Notes under the pieces: model-generated | Told to the model about the DNA's origin: nothing | The model's database searches: none | Seen by the model: the letters and a program-made list of their open reading frames with translations, nothing else | Part shown: piece by piece, positions 1-13,180 of the stretch | Layout of the letters: every line of letters begins with the position of its first letter | Numbering within the stretch: the stretch's first letter is position 1 | Made by a program: the position numbers and the translations under genes | Source: Octopus sinensis | Taxonomy: Eukaryota | DNA: 64,000 nucleotides | Assembly: GCF_006345805.1 (NCBI RefSeq) | Contig: NC_043020.1 | Coordinates: 17,670,001-17,734,000, forward strand | Reading direction: 5' to 3'

Positions 1-78
1 TTGAACAAAATCATAATTAACTGATCCTCTTGTATCTTCTTTTACTCAAAGCCAGGAACTTTTCAACAGCCCCTCATA
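1..78 (+). mobile_element. 3' part of Tc1/mariner-type MITE (same family as 48550-48768 and 63114-63337)
   Basis: atcataattaactgatcctcttgtat...gccaggaacttttcaacagcccctcata aligns with the end of the 63114-63337 copy; ends in TA. Confidence 0.75.
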
Positions 79-1099
79 GATGTGTTTGTGTGTGTGTGAT
101 ATCTGCATTTAATTGCATTTTTATTTTCTTTATTTCTTCTTTGAAGAAATTCTAGCTTGTTGTGGCAAATTAGTAGAGAGGTGAAGCTTTGTATCACATT
201 TATCCATCTCTGCATTCTTGCATTCAACTCAGTACTAATTAGCATTAGCTAGGGAACTTCAAGTCTTGTAGCATTCATCTGAATAGTTGTCAGTTCTGAA
301 AATCCTTTTATATATAATTCTAAAACCATTGGACATGTGTTTTCAACAAACCTGCATACCAAGTAAGTTTTTTTTTTCATGTGGTTATACTGTCTATCTC
401 AGCTATTGGAAGCATATTCTTTACTGCATCTTTTTTAGGCAAAGTGAATGATATTGTCTTTACAGCTGTTTCACAACCAGTTTGTCATTTATCAGAAAAC
501 ACTTCGTCTTATTTTCTGTTGACAGACAGAACTATGCCAGTAATTCTCTCTTTATAGCTTAATAACTTATACATGCTAACCACAAAATGACGTAGCAAAA
601 TGACCACTCACGTAATGCTAAGGCAAGGTCTCACTCACACATTCACACACTCATACACACACGGTTACTCCTCATACAACATACAACTGACTTCTTTCAA
701 TTTCAATCTATCAAATGCACTCAAAAGACTTTGGTCAACCCAGAACTCTAATAAGTACCAAGCTTACAAAAAATCAGTACCGGTGTCAATTAGTTCAACT
801 AGGTCCCAGCATGGCTGCAGTCTAATGACTGGAACAAGTATAGGAGTAAAAAAAACTTTATTCTAAAGTTTTAAGGTTTAATCTTCACAATTTGTTGGGT
901 AGAAAAGTGGATGTGTGTGTGCATATATGTCTGCATGTGTGTGTGTGTGTATATATTATGTGTGTTATACGTTCCATAGTTTCATGACCTAATTTTCACA
1001 ATATCTCAGATAGATAAGTACATGTATTTTGAGAGGTGGTGGAGTGTCATTCCAAAGTTGCATGACCTAATCATCGTAGTGCAGATAGATGGCAATGTG

Positions 1100-1590
1100 T
1101 GTTTCTGTGCAAATGTATGTGTATGTATATGTGTATATATGTATATACTTGTTTGAATATGTGTGTATAAGCATATATATTTGTATGTGTATAAGCATAT
1201 AAATGTGTGTATGTATGTGTGTATATATGTATATGCTTGCTTGAATGTGTGTGTGTAAACATATATATATATGTGTGTGTATGTATGTGTGTATATATGT
1301 ATATGCTTGCTTGAATGTGTGTGTGTGTAAGCATATATATTTGTGTGTGTATAAGCATATAAATGTCTGTTTATGTATGTGTGTATATATGTATATGCTT
1401 GTTTGAATATGTGTGTGTAAACATATATATATATGTGTGTGTGTGTGTGTCTGTCTGTAAGCATGTGTGTGTGAGCATATGTATATATGTAAGCAAACAT
1501 ATATGTATGTGTAGGTCTATGTATGCACATATGTATAAATGTGTGTATACTTGCATTTATATACATGTATGTGTATCTTAGTATATGAAC
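1100..1590. repeat. Complex TG/TA minisatellite
   Basis: Recurring units such as gtatatgcttgcttgaatgtgtgtgtgtaa and gcatatatatttgt. Confidence 0.9.
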
Positions 1591-1634
1591 ACCTGTGTGT
1601 GTCTGCAATACTGTATTTTTTCTTAAAATGGGTG

Positions 1635-1835
1635 AAGTGGCAGAACTGTTAGAGCTCTGAAAAATATGACCTTTCTTCCAGCTCCTTATGTTCTGTGTTC
1701 AAATCCTGCTGAGGTCAACTTTGCATTTCATCCTTTCAAGGTTAATAAAATAAAATACTAGCTGAATACTGAGATAGATTTAATTGATTTGGCCCCTCCT
1801 CTCAAAATTTCTAGTCTGGTGCTAAAATTTGAAAC
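1635..1835 (+). mobile_element. tRNA-derived SINE, Meta/MESC-like family
   Basis: gttcaaatcc B-box followed by gaggtcaactttgcatttcatcctttc central domain shared with dozens of copies in the window. Confidence 0.8.
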
Positions 1836-2097
1836 CATTATATCATGTTCTTAAACCTTGCTTTTTCATTTCTGCTTAACCATTATAAAGAAGTGTTTGT
1901 AGGAAGGTTTTAATCCATTAGCATCTAAACTGACCATATCCAGCTCAAATATTTTACCTGATTTATGTCAAACTGGCCAGATTTGGCATCTCACACCTAC
2001 CCTACAATACCATTCTAAAAACCAACAATCATATCATCAAATCCTTGAAGCTATGAGACGGTGCTTAATTGATTCAACACAATGTGAATGAAAAAGT

Positions 2098-2956
2098 TTT
2101 GTGGTAGGGGTAGACCCAGAAAGATGTGAGACAAAGTGGGGAGAAAAGATATTCAGACACTGGGCCTCACTGTGGAGATGACAGGGGACCAAGACTTCTG
2201 GTGATTTGCTGTACTTGAGAAGATACATCAAGAGAAGTAAAATTGTGGCCACCCATACGTACAGGCATGTCCTTTATGGCCATGCCCTCACTCCCTCTTC
2301 CAGCTGAAAGATCTTTGTCTAGCAGGTGCTGGTGCCATATAAAATGCACTCATGGCAGTGCCGCATTATATGCACTTGTGCCAGCGTCACATAAAAATGC
2401 ACTTGTGCCAGTGCCTCATGAAATGCACTCATACTGGTGCCATGTAAAATGTACTTATACCAGTGCCACATAAAATATGCTTGTGTCAGTGTCACATAAA
2501 TGCACTTGTACCAGAGCCACGTGTTGTGCAATCATGCTGGTGCCATGTAAAAAGCACCTAGCACACTCTGTAAAGAGGTTGACATTATGAAGGGTATCCA
2601 GCTGTAGAAACCATTCCAGAAACAGACAATTGGAGCCCAGACAGTTCTCCAGCTGGCCAGCTCTTGTTAAACTGTCCAACTCATGCCAGCAGGGAAAACA
2701 GACGTTAACCCTTTCGTTACTGTATTTATTTTGAGATGCTCTGTGTTTCTTTCAATTAATTTTAAATATAACAGAATTTAGTGAAATAACTTAGTTATCA
2801 TTAAGCTAGTGTTAGGAACATAAATCGTGACTAAGGTTTAGCGGAAGATTTTAATTCAGAACTTATGAAAACAAGATATTTGTACTACAGAGCTAGAGCT
2901 GGTTTCAGCCTGGTTGGTAACAAAAGGGTTAAACAATGATGATGATAATGATGATG
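2098..2956 (+). mobile_element. 5'-truncated RTE-clade LINE: ORF2 C-terminus, 3'UTR with tandem units, (GAT)n tail
   Basis: Translates GRGRPRKM*DKVGRKDIQTLGLTVEMTGDQDFW, matching the RTE ORF2 C-terminal pattern; same tail as 10630-11523. Confidence 0.8.
2705..2932. mobile_element. piggyBac-like MITE family B with TTAA TSD
   Basis: TTAA-ccctttcgttac ... gtaacaaaaggg-TTAA; removing it restores the RTE tail gacgttaaac(a/g)atgatg. Confidence 0.85.
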
Positions 2957-3417
2957 AAGTGGAGGAGGATACATCAGACAGGGTAATCTGAACACTGAAG
3001 GGTTAAATACATTCAACATGTATCTGTGTGTGCATTACGAACGGCACACTTTCCCTATAGAACAGCTATGTACCGACATCAGGTCATCACACATCATAAT
3101 AGCAGACAAAACACAACACACCCGTTAACAAACATTAGTCACGCACAGTTATTCTCACAAAACCTTGATGACTGGCCATGGAGACAATCCTAAGTACAAT
3201 TTTCACAGATTGTGCACCAGAACCACTGGGGCATGTCTGTTTGTCTGTACATGTGTCTGTGACTAAATGGGGTGGGGGTGACAGGATATTAACCTCATCT
3301 ATGAGTTACACCAAGGGGTGGATGTTTGCATATATGAGTATGTTCAAATAGTTGTGAACTTCATTCAGAAAGATGAATGGTTTCAAAGCTGGTGAAATGT
3401 TTGTGCATGTTTGTCTT

Positions 3418-4046
3418 TACACACACACACACCACACACACACACATATGCATACACACACACACACACATATGCATACACACACACACACACACCACAC
3501 ACATATGCATACACACACACATATGCATACACACACACACATATGCATACACACACACACACACACACACACATATGCATACACACACACATATGCATAC
3601 ACACACACATATGCATACACACACACACCACATATGCATACACACACACACACACACACACATATGCATACACACACACACACATATGCATACACACACA
3701 CACACACATGCATACACACACACACACATATGCATACACACACACACATATGCATACACACACACACATATGCATACACCACACACACACACACATATGC
3801 ATACACACAACACACATATGCATACACACACACACCATATGCATACACACACACACACATATGCATACACACACACATATGCATACACACACACACATAT
3901 GCATACACACACACACACACACACATATGCATACACACACACATATGCATACACACACACACACACACACACACATATGCATACACACACACATATGCAT
4001 ACACACACACACACACATATGCATACACACACACACACACACACAT
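3418..4046. repeat. (CA)n-TATGCATA minisatellite
   Basis: About 30 units of (ca)n + tatgcata; source of the His/Thr and Cys/Val ORFs. Confidence 0.95.
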
Positions 4047-4339
4047 GCCACTTACACATGTGCTTTTCTGCACATACATACAGAAATACACTGCTCACGC
4101 AGATAAACAGTACCAATTGAATACATGTGCATCCACATGCATGCATATATGCACAGTCACATGGTCATGCAGTACCAGGCAACGGTGCACACAGTACTAA
4201 GCAACGGTGCACATATGTACAAGTGCACATTAATAACAGCTGCATGCACATATGAAAATACAGTAACAAGCAATCGTACACACACAGTAAGTACAACAGC
4301 TCACATAACATGATTTCTCAATATCAACAGCTCTTTCTC

Positions 4340-4647
4340 AGTCTGTCTCTATCTATCTATCTATCTGTCTGTCTGTCTGTCTGTCCCTCTCTCTCTCTCT
4401 CTCTCTAACTATCTATCTATCTATCTATCTCTCTATTTATCCCTCTCTATCTATCCCTCTCTATCTATCTATCTATCTATCTATCTATCCCTTTCTATCT
4501 ATCTATCTATCTATCCCTATCTCTCTATCTCTCTATCTATCTGTCTATCTATCTATCTATCTATCTATCTATCCCTATCTCTCTATCTATCTGTCTATCT
4601 ATCTCTCTATCTATCTGTCTATCTATCTATCTATCTATCCCTATCTC

Positions 4648-4713
<66 letters not shown>

Positions 4714-4920
4714 CGTCCGTCCGTCCGTCCGTCCGTCCGTCCGTCCGTCCGTCCGTCCGTCCGTCCGTCCGTCCGTCCGTCCGTCCGTCTATCTCTCGAT
4801 CTATCCGTCCGTCCGTCCGTCCGTCTATCTCTCGATCTATCCCTCTCGATCTATCTATCCCTCTCGATCTATCTATCTAGCTAGCTAGCTATCTATCTAT
4901 CCCTCTCTATCTATCTCCAT
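4340..4920. repeat. Compound tetranucleotide microsatellite (TATC)n/(TGTC)n/(TCCG)n
   Basis: Directly visible. Confidence 0.95.
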
Positions 4921-5258
4921 TTATCTCTTTTGTGAGTGGATTTGGTTGACAGAGCTGTTGTGTATACACACACACACACATATATTGGTGTGTGTGTGTT
5001 TGTGTTTGTCCCCTATCACCACTTTGGCAACCAATATTTGTGTGTTTATGTCCCTGTAACTTAGCAGTTTGGCAAAAGAGACCATACCAGAGTATGTACC
5101 AGGCTTAAGAAAAATAAATACTGGAGTTAGTTTATTTAAGCGAAAAAAAAACCTTCAACGCGGAGCCCCAGCAAGGCCACAGTCTAATGACTGAAAGAAG
5201 TAAAAGATATATATGTATATGTCTGTATGTTTGTATATATATATATAAATATATACAC

Positions 5259-5303
<45 letters not shown>

Positions 5304-5357
5304 ATATATATATGTCTATATATGTATATATATAAATGTGTATGTATATATATATTT

Positions 5358-5755
5358 AGCGCAGGAGTGGCTGTGTGGTAAGTAGCTTGTTTACCAACCA
5401 CATGGTTCGGGGTTCAGTCCCACAGCGTGGCACCTTGGGCAAGTGTCTTCTACTATAGCCTCGGGCCGACCAAAGCCTTGTGAGTGGATTTGGTAGACGG
5501 AAACTGAAAGAAGCCCGTCGTATATATGTATATATATGTATGTGCGTGTATGTTTGTGTGTCTGTGTTTGTCCCCCTAGCATTGCTTGACAACCGATGCT
5601 GGTGTGTTTATGTCCCTGTCACTTAGCGGTTCGGCAAAAAAGACCGATAGAATAAGTAATGGGCTTACAAAGAATAAGTCCCGGGGTCGAGTTGCTCGAT
5701 TAAAAGCGGTGCTCCAGCATGGCCGCAGTCAAAATGACTGAAACAAGTAAAAAAA
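5358..5755 (+). mobile_element. tRNA-derived SINE family B, full length, CpG-rich (young)
   Basis: gcgcaggagtggctgtgtggtaag head, gggttcagtccc B-box, internal (TA)/(TG) tract, tail gaaacaagtaaaa; near-identical to 22915-23333 and 25842-26248. Confidence 0.9.
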
Positions 5756-6020
5756 AAATGTATATATATATATATATGTCTATGTATGTATATATATATA
5801 AATGTGTATGTATATAAATATATATGTCTGTATGTATGTGTATATATAAATATGTACGCATCTGTATGTATATAAAAATATGTCTATGTGTGTATATAAA
5901 CATGTATGCATGTGTATGTATATATATATATATACATCTAATATAGGATAAAATTTTCTAAAAATTTTATCAGTGGCCAGCATATTAAAAACTACCTTTT
6001 AAGGTGAAAATTATAAACAA

Positions 6021-6183
6021 CTTATAAATAAGGGCAAAAGAAAAAAATTCCTATGCCAAATATGCCAAGAAATAGACTTTAAATCATCAATAGTAATGAA
6101 TTATATGTGGTTATTGACGATTTAAAGTCTATTTCTTGGCATATTTGGCATAGAAATTTTTTTCTTTTGCTGTTATTTATAAG
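6021..6183. mobile_element. Foldback/MITE-like palindrome, arms about 70 bp
   Basis: ctatgccaaatatgccaagaaatagactttaaatc is the reverse complement of gatttaaagtctatttcttggcatatttggcatag. Confidence 0.8.
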
Positions 6184-6559
6184 GTCAGACAAGCTCTCGC
6201 ACACATAATACACAAATGAAGACTGAAACACACGACCATACACACACACACAAACGCATGCAGAATACATACATACATGTGTGTATACACATGCACACTA
6301 ATGTACACGTATGCACACAAACAAACAAAAAGAACGCAGCTCTGATAACGTACAGAGTCAATGACTATAGAAAAGGTTGTGAGATGCAGCAAAAATTTTA
6401 GAAAAAATAAGTAAATGAGTGAAAATTGAACCAGTGAGTGTGTTAAATAAAAAGGCACTAAAATAGAACGACTCTCCCCAGACACAATAACATATATTTA
6501 TATTCTCAATAAAAATCAGATGTTCTATATGTAGAAGATAGTTAATAATAATAATGATA

Positions 6560-7765
6560 ATTCTTTCTCATGGAAGCACAAGACCTCAAATTTGTGGGAA
6601 GGGATTATGTCGATTATGTCAACCCCAGTGCATAACTGGTACTTATTTAATCAATCCCTAGAAAGTCAACATTGGTAGAATTTGAACTTAGAACATAGTA
6701 ATAGACAAAATACCTATTTCTTTACTGCCCATAAGGGGCTAAACACAGAGGGGACAAGCAAGGACAGACAAATGGATTAAGTCAATTACATCGACCCCAG
6801 TGCGTAACTGGTACTTAGTTTATCGACACCGAAAGGATGAAAGGCAAAGTTGACCTCGGCGGAATTTGAACTCAGAACGTAACGACAGACAAAATATAGC
6901 TACGCATTTCGCCCGGAGTGCTAACGTTTCTGCCAGCTCACCGCCTAATAATAATAATAATGATAATAAAGAGAATGGCAATGACTGTACTGTCCACTCC
7001 CTCATGGACTCTGTAAGAAAATCATTCTTCTGGAATCTATTTTCTGCTCTGACACTGGTGCTTGTAACTCTGGCTGTTATGCTTGTTTTATTTGTATTGT
7101 ATTGTTGTTCTTATTATTTATTATTACTAAGGCAGTGAGTTGGCAGAATCATTAGTACACAGGGCAAAATGCTTAACAGCATTTCATCTGACTCTACGTT
7201 TCGAGTTCAAATCCTGCCAAGGTCAACTTTGCATTTTCATCCTTTCGGGGTAGATAAAATAAATACCAGTTGAGCACTAGGGTTGATGTAATCGACTTAC
7301 CCTCTCCCTTAAAAATTGCTGGCCTTGGTGCCAACATTTGAAACCATTATCTATTATTACTAAAGCAGCAAGCTGGCAGAACAATTAGCATGCCAGGTGA
7401 AATGCTTAGCGGTATTTTGTCTGCCGCTACGTTGTGAGTTCAAATTCTGCCACGGTCAACTTTACCTTTCATCCTTTTGGAGTCAATAAATTAAGTGCCA
7501 GTTACTCACCGAGGTCGATATAATCGACTTAATCCATTTGTCTGTCCTTGTTCGCCCCCTCTGTGTTTAGCCCCTTGTGGGCAATAAAGAAATAGGTATT
7601 TCGTCTGCCGCTACGTTCTGAGTTCAAATTCTGCCGAAGTCAACTTTGCCTTTCATCCTTTTGTGGTCGATAAATTAAGTACCAGTTGAGTACTGGGGTC
7701 AATGTAATCGACTTACTCCCTCCACCCAAATTTCAGGCCTTGTACCTATAGCAGGAAGGATTATT
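6560..7765. mobile_element. Cluster of about 5 Meta-like SINEs (two minus, three plus)
   Basis: Repeated gactttgcctttcatcctttcggggtcgataaattaagtaccag-like domain in both orientations. Confidence 0.85.
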
Positions 7766-8195
7766 TATTATTACTAATGTTTGATTATTATTGTTTTTAC
7801 TCTTGCAGGCCTGGATTCCAACATTACACAGTACAGCTGTTACCTTCATCTAGAGTTGTGAATTGAGGTGTACAATATAGGAGAATTACATGCAACAGTT
7901 AAAAATCAAAGGTAATTAACATTAAGATTTAATTTGTATTGAGTCAAGGAAGGGTGTAATTTGGGGATGTTGTTATTTTTGTCTTTTTTTATTTCTTGTT
8001 TGCTTTTTAAAATATTCCAATTGCATCCTCTTTTTGTTTCTTCTAATACTGTACTAGCAACCTCTTTAACAACAGGTTCACTTTCCCCCTCTTTTTCTCC
8101 TAACCCCTTTTCATGATTTATATAGTTGTATTCGGTATATTAATTTATGTATTTTCGCAAGATTCTTGATGTAAATTTGTGTGTTGAAATAAATC

Positions 8196-8546
8196 TTGTG
8201 TCTTGGAACGGTCATTGCACCAACAATAATAAGACACACACACTGGTTCGATTGCACTTTAGTGTTAGTTAATTGGTTAAATATCTAACCAACTAACTAA
8301 TCATTCGTTTGTTGAAATGGTGGTTAAGCAATCAACTGGTCGTTTGTTTGTCAAGGTCAAGTCTTGAAGAGTCAGACCTTGAAAAGAGTGAGTATGTCAT
8401 TGATGAGGTTACAAATAGCAACAAAAGGACTTTGACAAACAAACAACTGATTTTTATCCAAATGACTAATAATAAAGAAGTGAGATCAAACCAGTGTGTA
8501 TGTTTATTATTATTATTATTAACATAACGACCCTCCCAAGACACAA
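8196..8546. mobile_element. MITE with TTGTGTCTTGG termini and nested inverted repeats
   Basis: ttgtgtcttgg...ccaagacacaa termini; internal pairs cacactggttcgat/atcaaaccagtgtg and gtttgtttgtcaa/ttgacaaacaaac. Confidence 0.7.
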
Positions 8547-9179
8547 CAATATTTGTTATATGTTTCAGTTAGTGTGTAAATGCCTTGATGCATTTAAGTT
8601 GTAGACCCAGCGGTGTAAGTCTGCTGAATAACTTTATGAGCCAATGATGGAACCATCATTGTTTTCCCAAGCTGTTAGAATCATGTTCTTCATTTTGGTG
8701 TCATGTAATTTGAAAGAGATTTGATGAAAGTGGCAGCCACATCTTCCTTAAATTACACCCAAAAACCTTGGAGAACAGATTCTATACTGTTGTCTTAAAA
8801 AATGCTATACCCCTACCCCAAAAAAGTTGGAACAATCATGGTTGGACTGTCCTTCATTATACGTCTACTCAGCTGTTGCTGACTTAGGACTAAACATCAC
8901 AGTATATATGTATGTATGTGTGTGTGTGTGTTATATTATTATTATCATCATAGTTATCCTATGCAAAGAGGAGTCCTGCATATATACCCATACCTAGAAA
9001 CACCCTGCACACAACAGCATAGGGGTGTTATGTGGGTTTTTTCCCAAAATACACCAAAAAAATATATACATAAACACACACATTCAAAAGCTGGGAAGAG
9101 CAGTACATGCCGTGTTCTGTTCTTGGATTGGGACTTCATCATCAACTGTAGACCCTCACCTTCTTTTATTGTCAACAAA

Positions 9180-9432
9180 CATCATCATCATCGTTTAGCG
9201 TCCGCTTTCCATGCTAACATGGGTTGGACGGTTTGACCAGGGTCTGGGAAGCCAGGAGGCTGCACCAGGCCCCAGTCTGATGTAGCAGTGTTTCTACAGC
9301 TGGATGCCCTTTCTAACGCCAACCACTTCATGAGTGTAGTGGGTGCTTTTTACGTGCCACCGGCACAGGTGCCAGGGAAGGCTGGCAACGGGCACGATCG
9401 GTTGGTGCTTTTTATGTGCCACTGGCACGGAA
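9180..9432 (-). mobile_element. RTE 3'UTR/tail fragment
   Basis: (cat)n cgtttagcgtccgctttccatgctaacatgggttggacgg; same family at 14560-14856, 28130-28322, 36650-36970, 52018-52385, 55675-55940. Confidence 0.8.
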
Positions 9433-9849
9433 AAACATATTGTTTATAAACCCACTATTATTATTAGGTACTTAGGTAAGGTGGCAAGTTAACAGAATTG
9501 TTAGCACACTGGGCAAAATGCCTAGTGGCATTTCATCCATCTTCATGTTCTGAGTTCAAATTCTGCCAAGGTCAACTGTGTCTTTCATCCCTTTGGGGTC
9601 AATAAAATAAGTACCAGTAGAACACTGGGGTCAATGTAATTGGCTAATTCCATTCCTCCCTCCAAGACTGCTGGCCTTGTGCCAAAATTTGAAATCGTTA
9701 TTTGACACTTAAGTAAAGAGAATGGACCAGTTTGCATATGTGATCCTTTCTTGGTGGCTAGATCATTGATGAAATCCCTATGGAACGATTAAACCCTAAT
9801 GTGTCCTGCTATTCTCTGCTTTTAATTCCATAGAAATATTGTATACATA

Positions 9850-10010
9850 GATGTGGTGTTTTCCATCATCAATAAATTCCTTGCTGTGTATAAAATATTT
9901 GATATATTTTGTAGAGTGACTGTGTATAGGCTGCAAGGGCAATACAGCATAAAGCTCAAGAGAAATGACTCAGGGATATCATCTGCTTTGAAAATAAGTT
10001 GTGGAGTAAG
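9850..10010 (+). pseudogene. Possible highly decayed LINE reverse-transcriptase fragment
   Basis: LKRNDSGISSALKISCGV resembles the segment preceding the GVxQG RT motif; weak. Confidence 0.3.
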
Positions 10011-10629
10011 CACAAAGAAACTTGATGGAGCAAGCACAACAGCTAATAAATCTGTAAGGCTATACCCATTCATCATGAGATGCGAACTAAAATAAGCAGT
10101 ATATATTTGATTGACCTTAGTATTAATATCTAGAATTTGGAAACATTAGATACCACATTCAATATTATAGAGTATCTAGCCCTACTCTCTACCATCTGTG
10201 CTATGCAGTTTGATAGAATAAACATAAATAAATAAGCAGAGAAAAAAAAAATCAGAAAGAAAAAAAGAATAACTGAAATACGATTTGTGAAACCCAACTG
10301 ATTGGAAGTAAGTCTATCTGTAAGAAGTGACAGTTTGAGTGGAGTCTAACTGGCAGTTTTGATAGATTTAGCTTGTGATTTGCATTTATTTAACAACCAA
10401 CCTTTGAAGTATATCTGTAAACATGTGTGGATAGTTTCTTCTTACCAATTTTTTTGGAATGTTAAGTGTCATGTTGCAGATTTGGAACCTGAAATTGGAG
10501 GACACCAATTTTGCAATGTTTTACCAACTGATTTATTGTTAATTCTTTTCGGTTGTATCTTAGCTCCACAAATATTTGCATTCTTATCTAATACACTTTG
10601 TAAACTAACTGTTTTTAGTACATATGATT

Positions 10630-11523
10630 CTTCACTGGATGGATAGTGTCAGTGTGTATATACGACAGGGTGTAAGAGATTTGAGAGAAAAATTGGATAT
10701 ACATAACATCAGATGTAGTGTGCAAGAGAGAAGACTGCACTGGTATGACCATGTAATGCATATGAATAAGGACAGTTGCACCAAGATGTGCTAATTTCTA
10801 ATTGTTGAGGGGACATGTGGAAGGGGTAAACCTAGGAAGACATGAGACAAAGTAGTGAGAAAGGATCTACAAATGTTGGGACTCACTGAGGAGATGACAG
10901 GGGACCAAGACTCCTGGTGGTGTGCTGTGCTTGAAAAGGCATGTCAAGCTAAGTAAAAGTGTGGTTGCCCTCACATACAGGCTTGTCCCTTGCAACCCTC
11001 TCCAGCTGAGCATGAGGGCTTGTAAGTGCTGGTACCATACAGAAAAGAATGAAGTGGTTGGTATTAGGAAGGGCATCCAGCCATTGAAAACCATGCCAAA
11101 ACAGTCATGGAGCCTAAACAGCCCTTCAGTTAGTCCAACTCATTTACTTTTTTATTTATTTATGTGCCCTTTTCAAGCCTAGCCAGGCTTATGGGCCCGG
11201 TTTCCCAGTTTCTATGGCATATGTGTTTCTCCCCTCCCCCCCCCCAGCTGGAAGGGATGCCAGTACATCACAGCATTACTCAGAAACAGGAAGAAAGTGT
11301 GAGAGAAAGTTGGGGCAAAAGAGTACGACAGGGGTCGCAACCACCCCCTGCCAGAGCCTCATGGAGCTTTAGGTGTTTTCGCTCAATAAACACACACACA
11401 ACGCCCAGTCTGGGAATCGAAACAGTGATCCTCCAACTGCGAGTCCACTACCCTAACCACTGGGCCATTACGCCTCCACAGTCCAACTCATACCAGCATG
11501 GAAAACAGATGTTAAATTATGAT
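10630..11523 (+). mobile_element. RTE LINE 3' fragment with decayed ORF2 end, interrupted by a SINE
   Basis: LREKLDIHNIRCSVQERRLHWYDHVMHMNKDSCTKMC*FLIVEGTCGRGKPRKT*DKVVRKDLQMLGLTEEMTGDQDSW matches the RTE RRLRWxGHVxRM...GRGRPxKTW motif. Confidence 0.9.
11144..11479 (-). mobile_element. tRNA-derived SINE family C with 12-bp TSD
   Basis: agtccaactcat at 11132-11143 and 11480-11491; reverse complement of the 22308 and 60326 copies. Confidence 0.9.
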
Positions 11524-11578
11524 GTACACTCAACACAACATAAGGCATGCACAGACTACAGGAGGTGCATGCATACAA

Positions 11579-11626
<48 letters not shown>

Positions 11627-12265
11627 ACATCTATGTATGTAACTCTTTGTTATATCTTATCTTCCCAAACATAATTCAAGAGAAGTAGAACTGGTATTTA
11701 ACTTAGAGTTGATATTTGTTTTCACTTCAGCAAAAATTTTTTTAAAGAAATGAATAACCTTTAGCTACAGCCAAGAAATCAAGTGCACAATACAACAAAC
11801 AGGTTAAACATAAAAAACTTTTTGTTTTAAAACATGGGATGCTTATTCTAATTAATTTCCAGAAGCAACTTTTATCTCTATCGTCGCTTTCTTTCTGAGA
11901 AAGAGAATAAGCAGGAAAATTATTTATTTTTCGTGTTATTGTTTCATGGAAGAGCAATTTAGTAATACTGAAAGCTGTTAAATTAACTAAAGAATTTAAT
12001 CTATTATGCGAGGCATCAAAATTTCCGCAACACAACCGCAACCCGGTCATTGACATAGATTTATAAAGGAAATGTGTCAGTGATTCATTTACAGTTGTGT
12101 GACAAAAATTTTGACATTTCATGAAATAAATTTAATTTAAAGTGGATTTAACAGGTTTGCGTAGTGTCATTAAATAAATTTTTCAACAATTTCATTGCTT
12201 CAGTTTCAACATGCATTCTCAGATCAAGTCATTTACAAGACAGATTCAACTCCATAGAATGTTAT

Positions 12266-12665
12266 TAATTCTTTGGCATTTTAAACGTCCATATCCAGCC
12301 AAAATATTCCACTCCTTTTGTGTTCAAACTGGCCAAATCTGGCTTCTCACACCTATCCTACAATGTCATTCTAAAAATAAACAATCACATCATTGAAATA
12401 TCAAAGCTATGAGATAATGCATGATTAATTCAAAATAATGTGAATAAAAAAAGCATTACATTTGACAAAGAAATCTGAATGCTAAGGGGTTAAGTTACCC
12501 ATTTCCAGCCCAAATATTCTACCTGTTATATGTTCAAATTGGTTGGATTTGGCCTCTCACACCTACCCTACAATGTTATTTTAAAAGTATGCCATCATCA
12601 AAATCTCAAAGGTATGAGATAATGCATGATTACTACAAAACAATGTGAATAAATATGCATTACCT
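12266..12665 (+). mobile_element. Two tandem copies of piggyBac-like MITE family A
   Basis: ccatatccagccaaaatattc...tctcacacctaccctacaatgtcattctaaaa...ctgaatgctaaggggttaa, followed by a second partial copy. Confidence 0.75.
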
Positions 12666-12737
12666 AGAGCAAGTATTTTCTACTTTAGCCTCAGAATACC
12701 CAATGCCTTGTGAGTGAATTTGGTAGGTAGAAACTGT

Positions 12738-13180
12738 GGCAGAAACGTTAGCGTGCCGGGTGAAATGCTTAGCAGTATTTTATCTGCCGCTACGTTCTGA
12801 GTTCAAATTCTGCCGAGGTCAACTTTGCCTTTCATCCTTTTGGGGTTGATTAAATAAGTACCAGTTTTGCACTGAGGTCTATATAATCAACTTAATCCGT
12901 TTGTCCCTTCTGTGTTTAGCCCCTTGTGGACAGTAAAGAAATAAGAAACTGTGTGGCAGAAATGTTAACATGCCAGGCGAAATGCTTAGTGGCATTTCAT
13001 CTGCTGCTATGTTTTGAGTTCAAATTCCGCCGAGGTCGATTTTGCCTTTCATCCTTTTGGGGTTGATTAAATAAGTACCAGTTACGCACTGGGGTCGATA
13101 TAATCGACTTAATCCATTTGTCTGTCCTTGTTTGTCCCATCTGTGTGTAGCCCCTTGTGGGCAATAAAGAAACAAGAAAC
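12738..13180 (+). mobile_element. Two tandem Meta-like SINEs inserted in a family-B SINE
   Basis: Each ends gccccttgtgg...aaagaaa; agaaactgtg recurs at all three junctions. Confidence 0.85.

Larger units (their letters stand above)
1910..3006 (+). mobile_element. piggyBac-like (TTAA) MITE family A, split by nested insertions
   Basis: Starts ttaatccattagcat, ends ctgaacactgaagggttaa; body matches uninterrupted copies at 12266-12493 and 21888-22100. Confidence 0.7.

Noticed and set aside
3361-4200. Six overlapping ORFs of 222-275 aa (His/Thr or Cys/Val rich)
   Set aside because: The stop-free (CA)n-TATGCATA minisatellite is open in all frames.
11742-12122. 126-aa minus-strand ORF
   Set aside because: No recognisable motif or clear splice context; length is achievable by chance in 64 kb.
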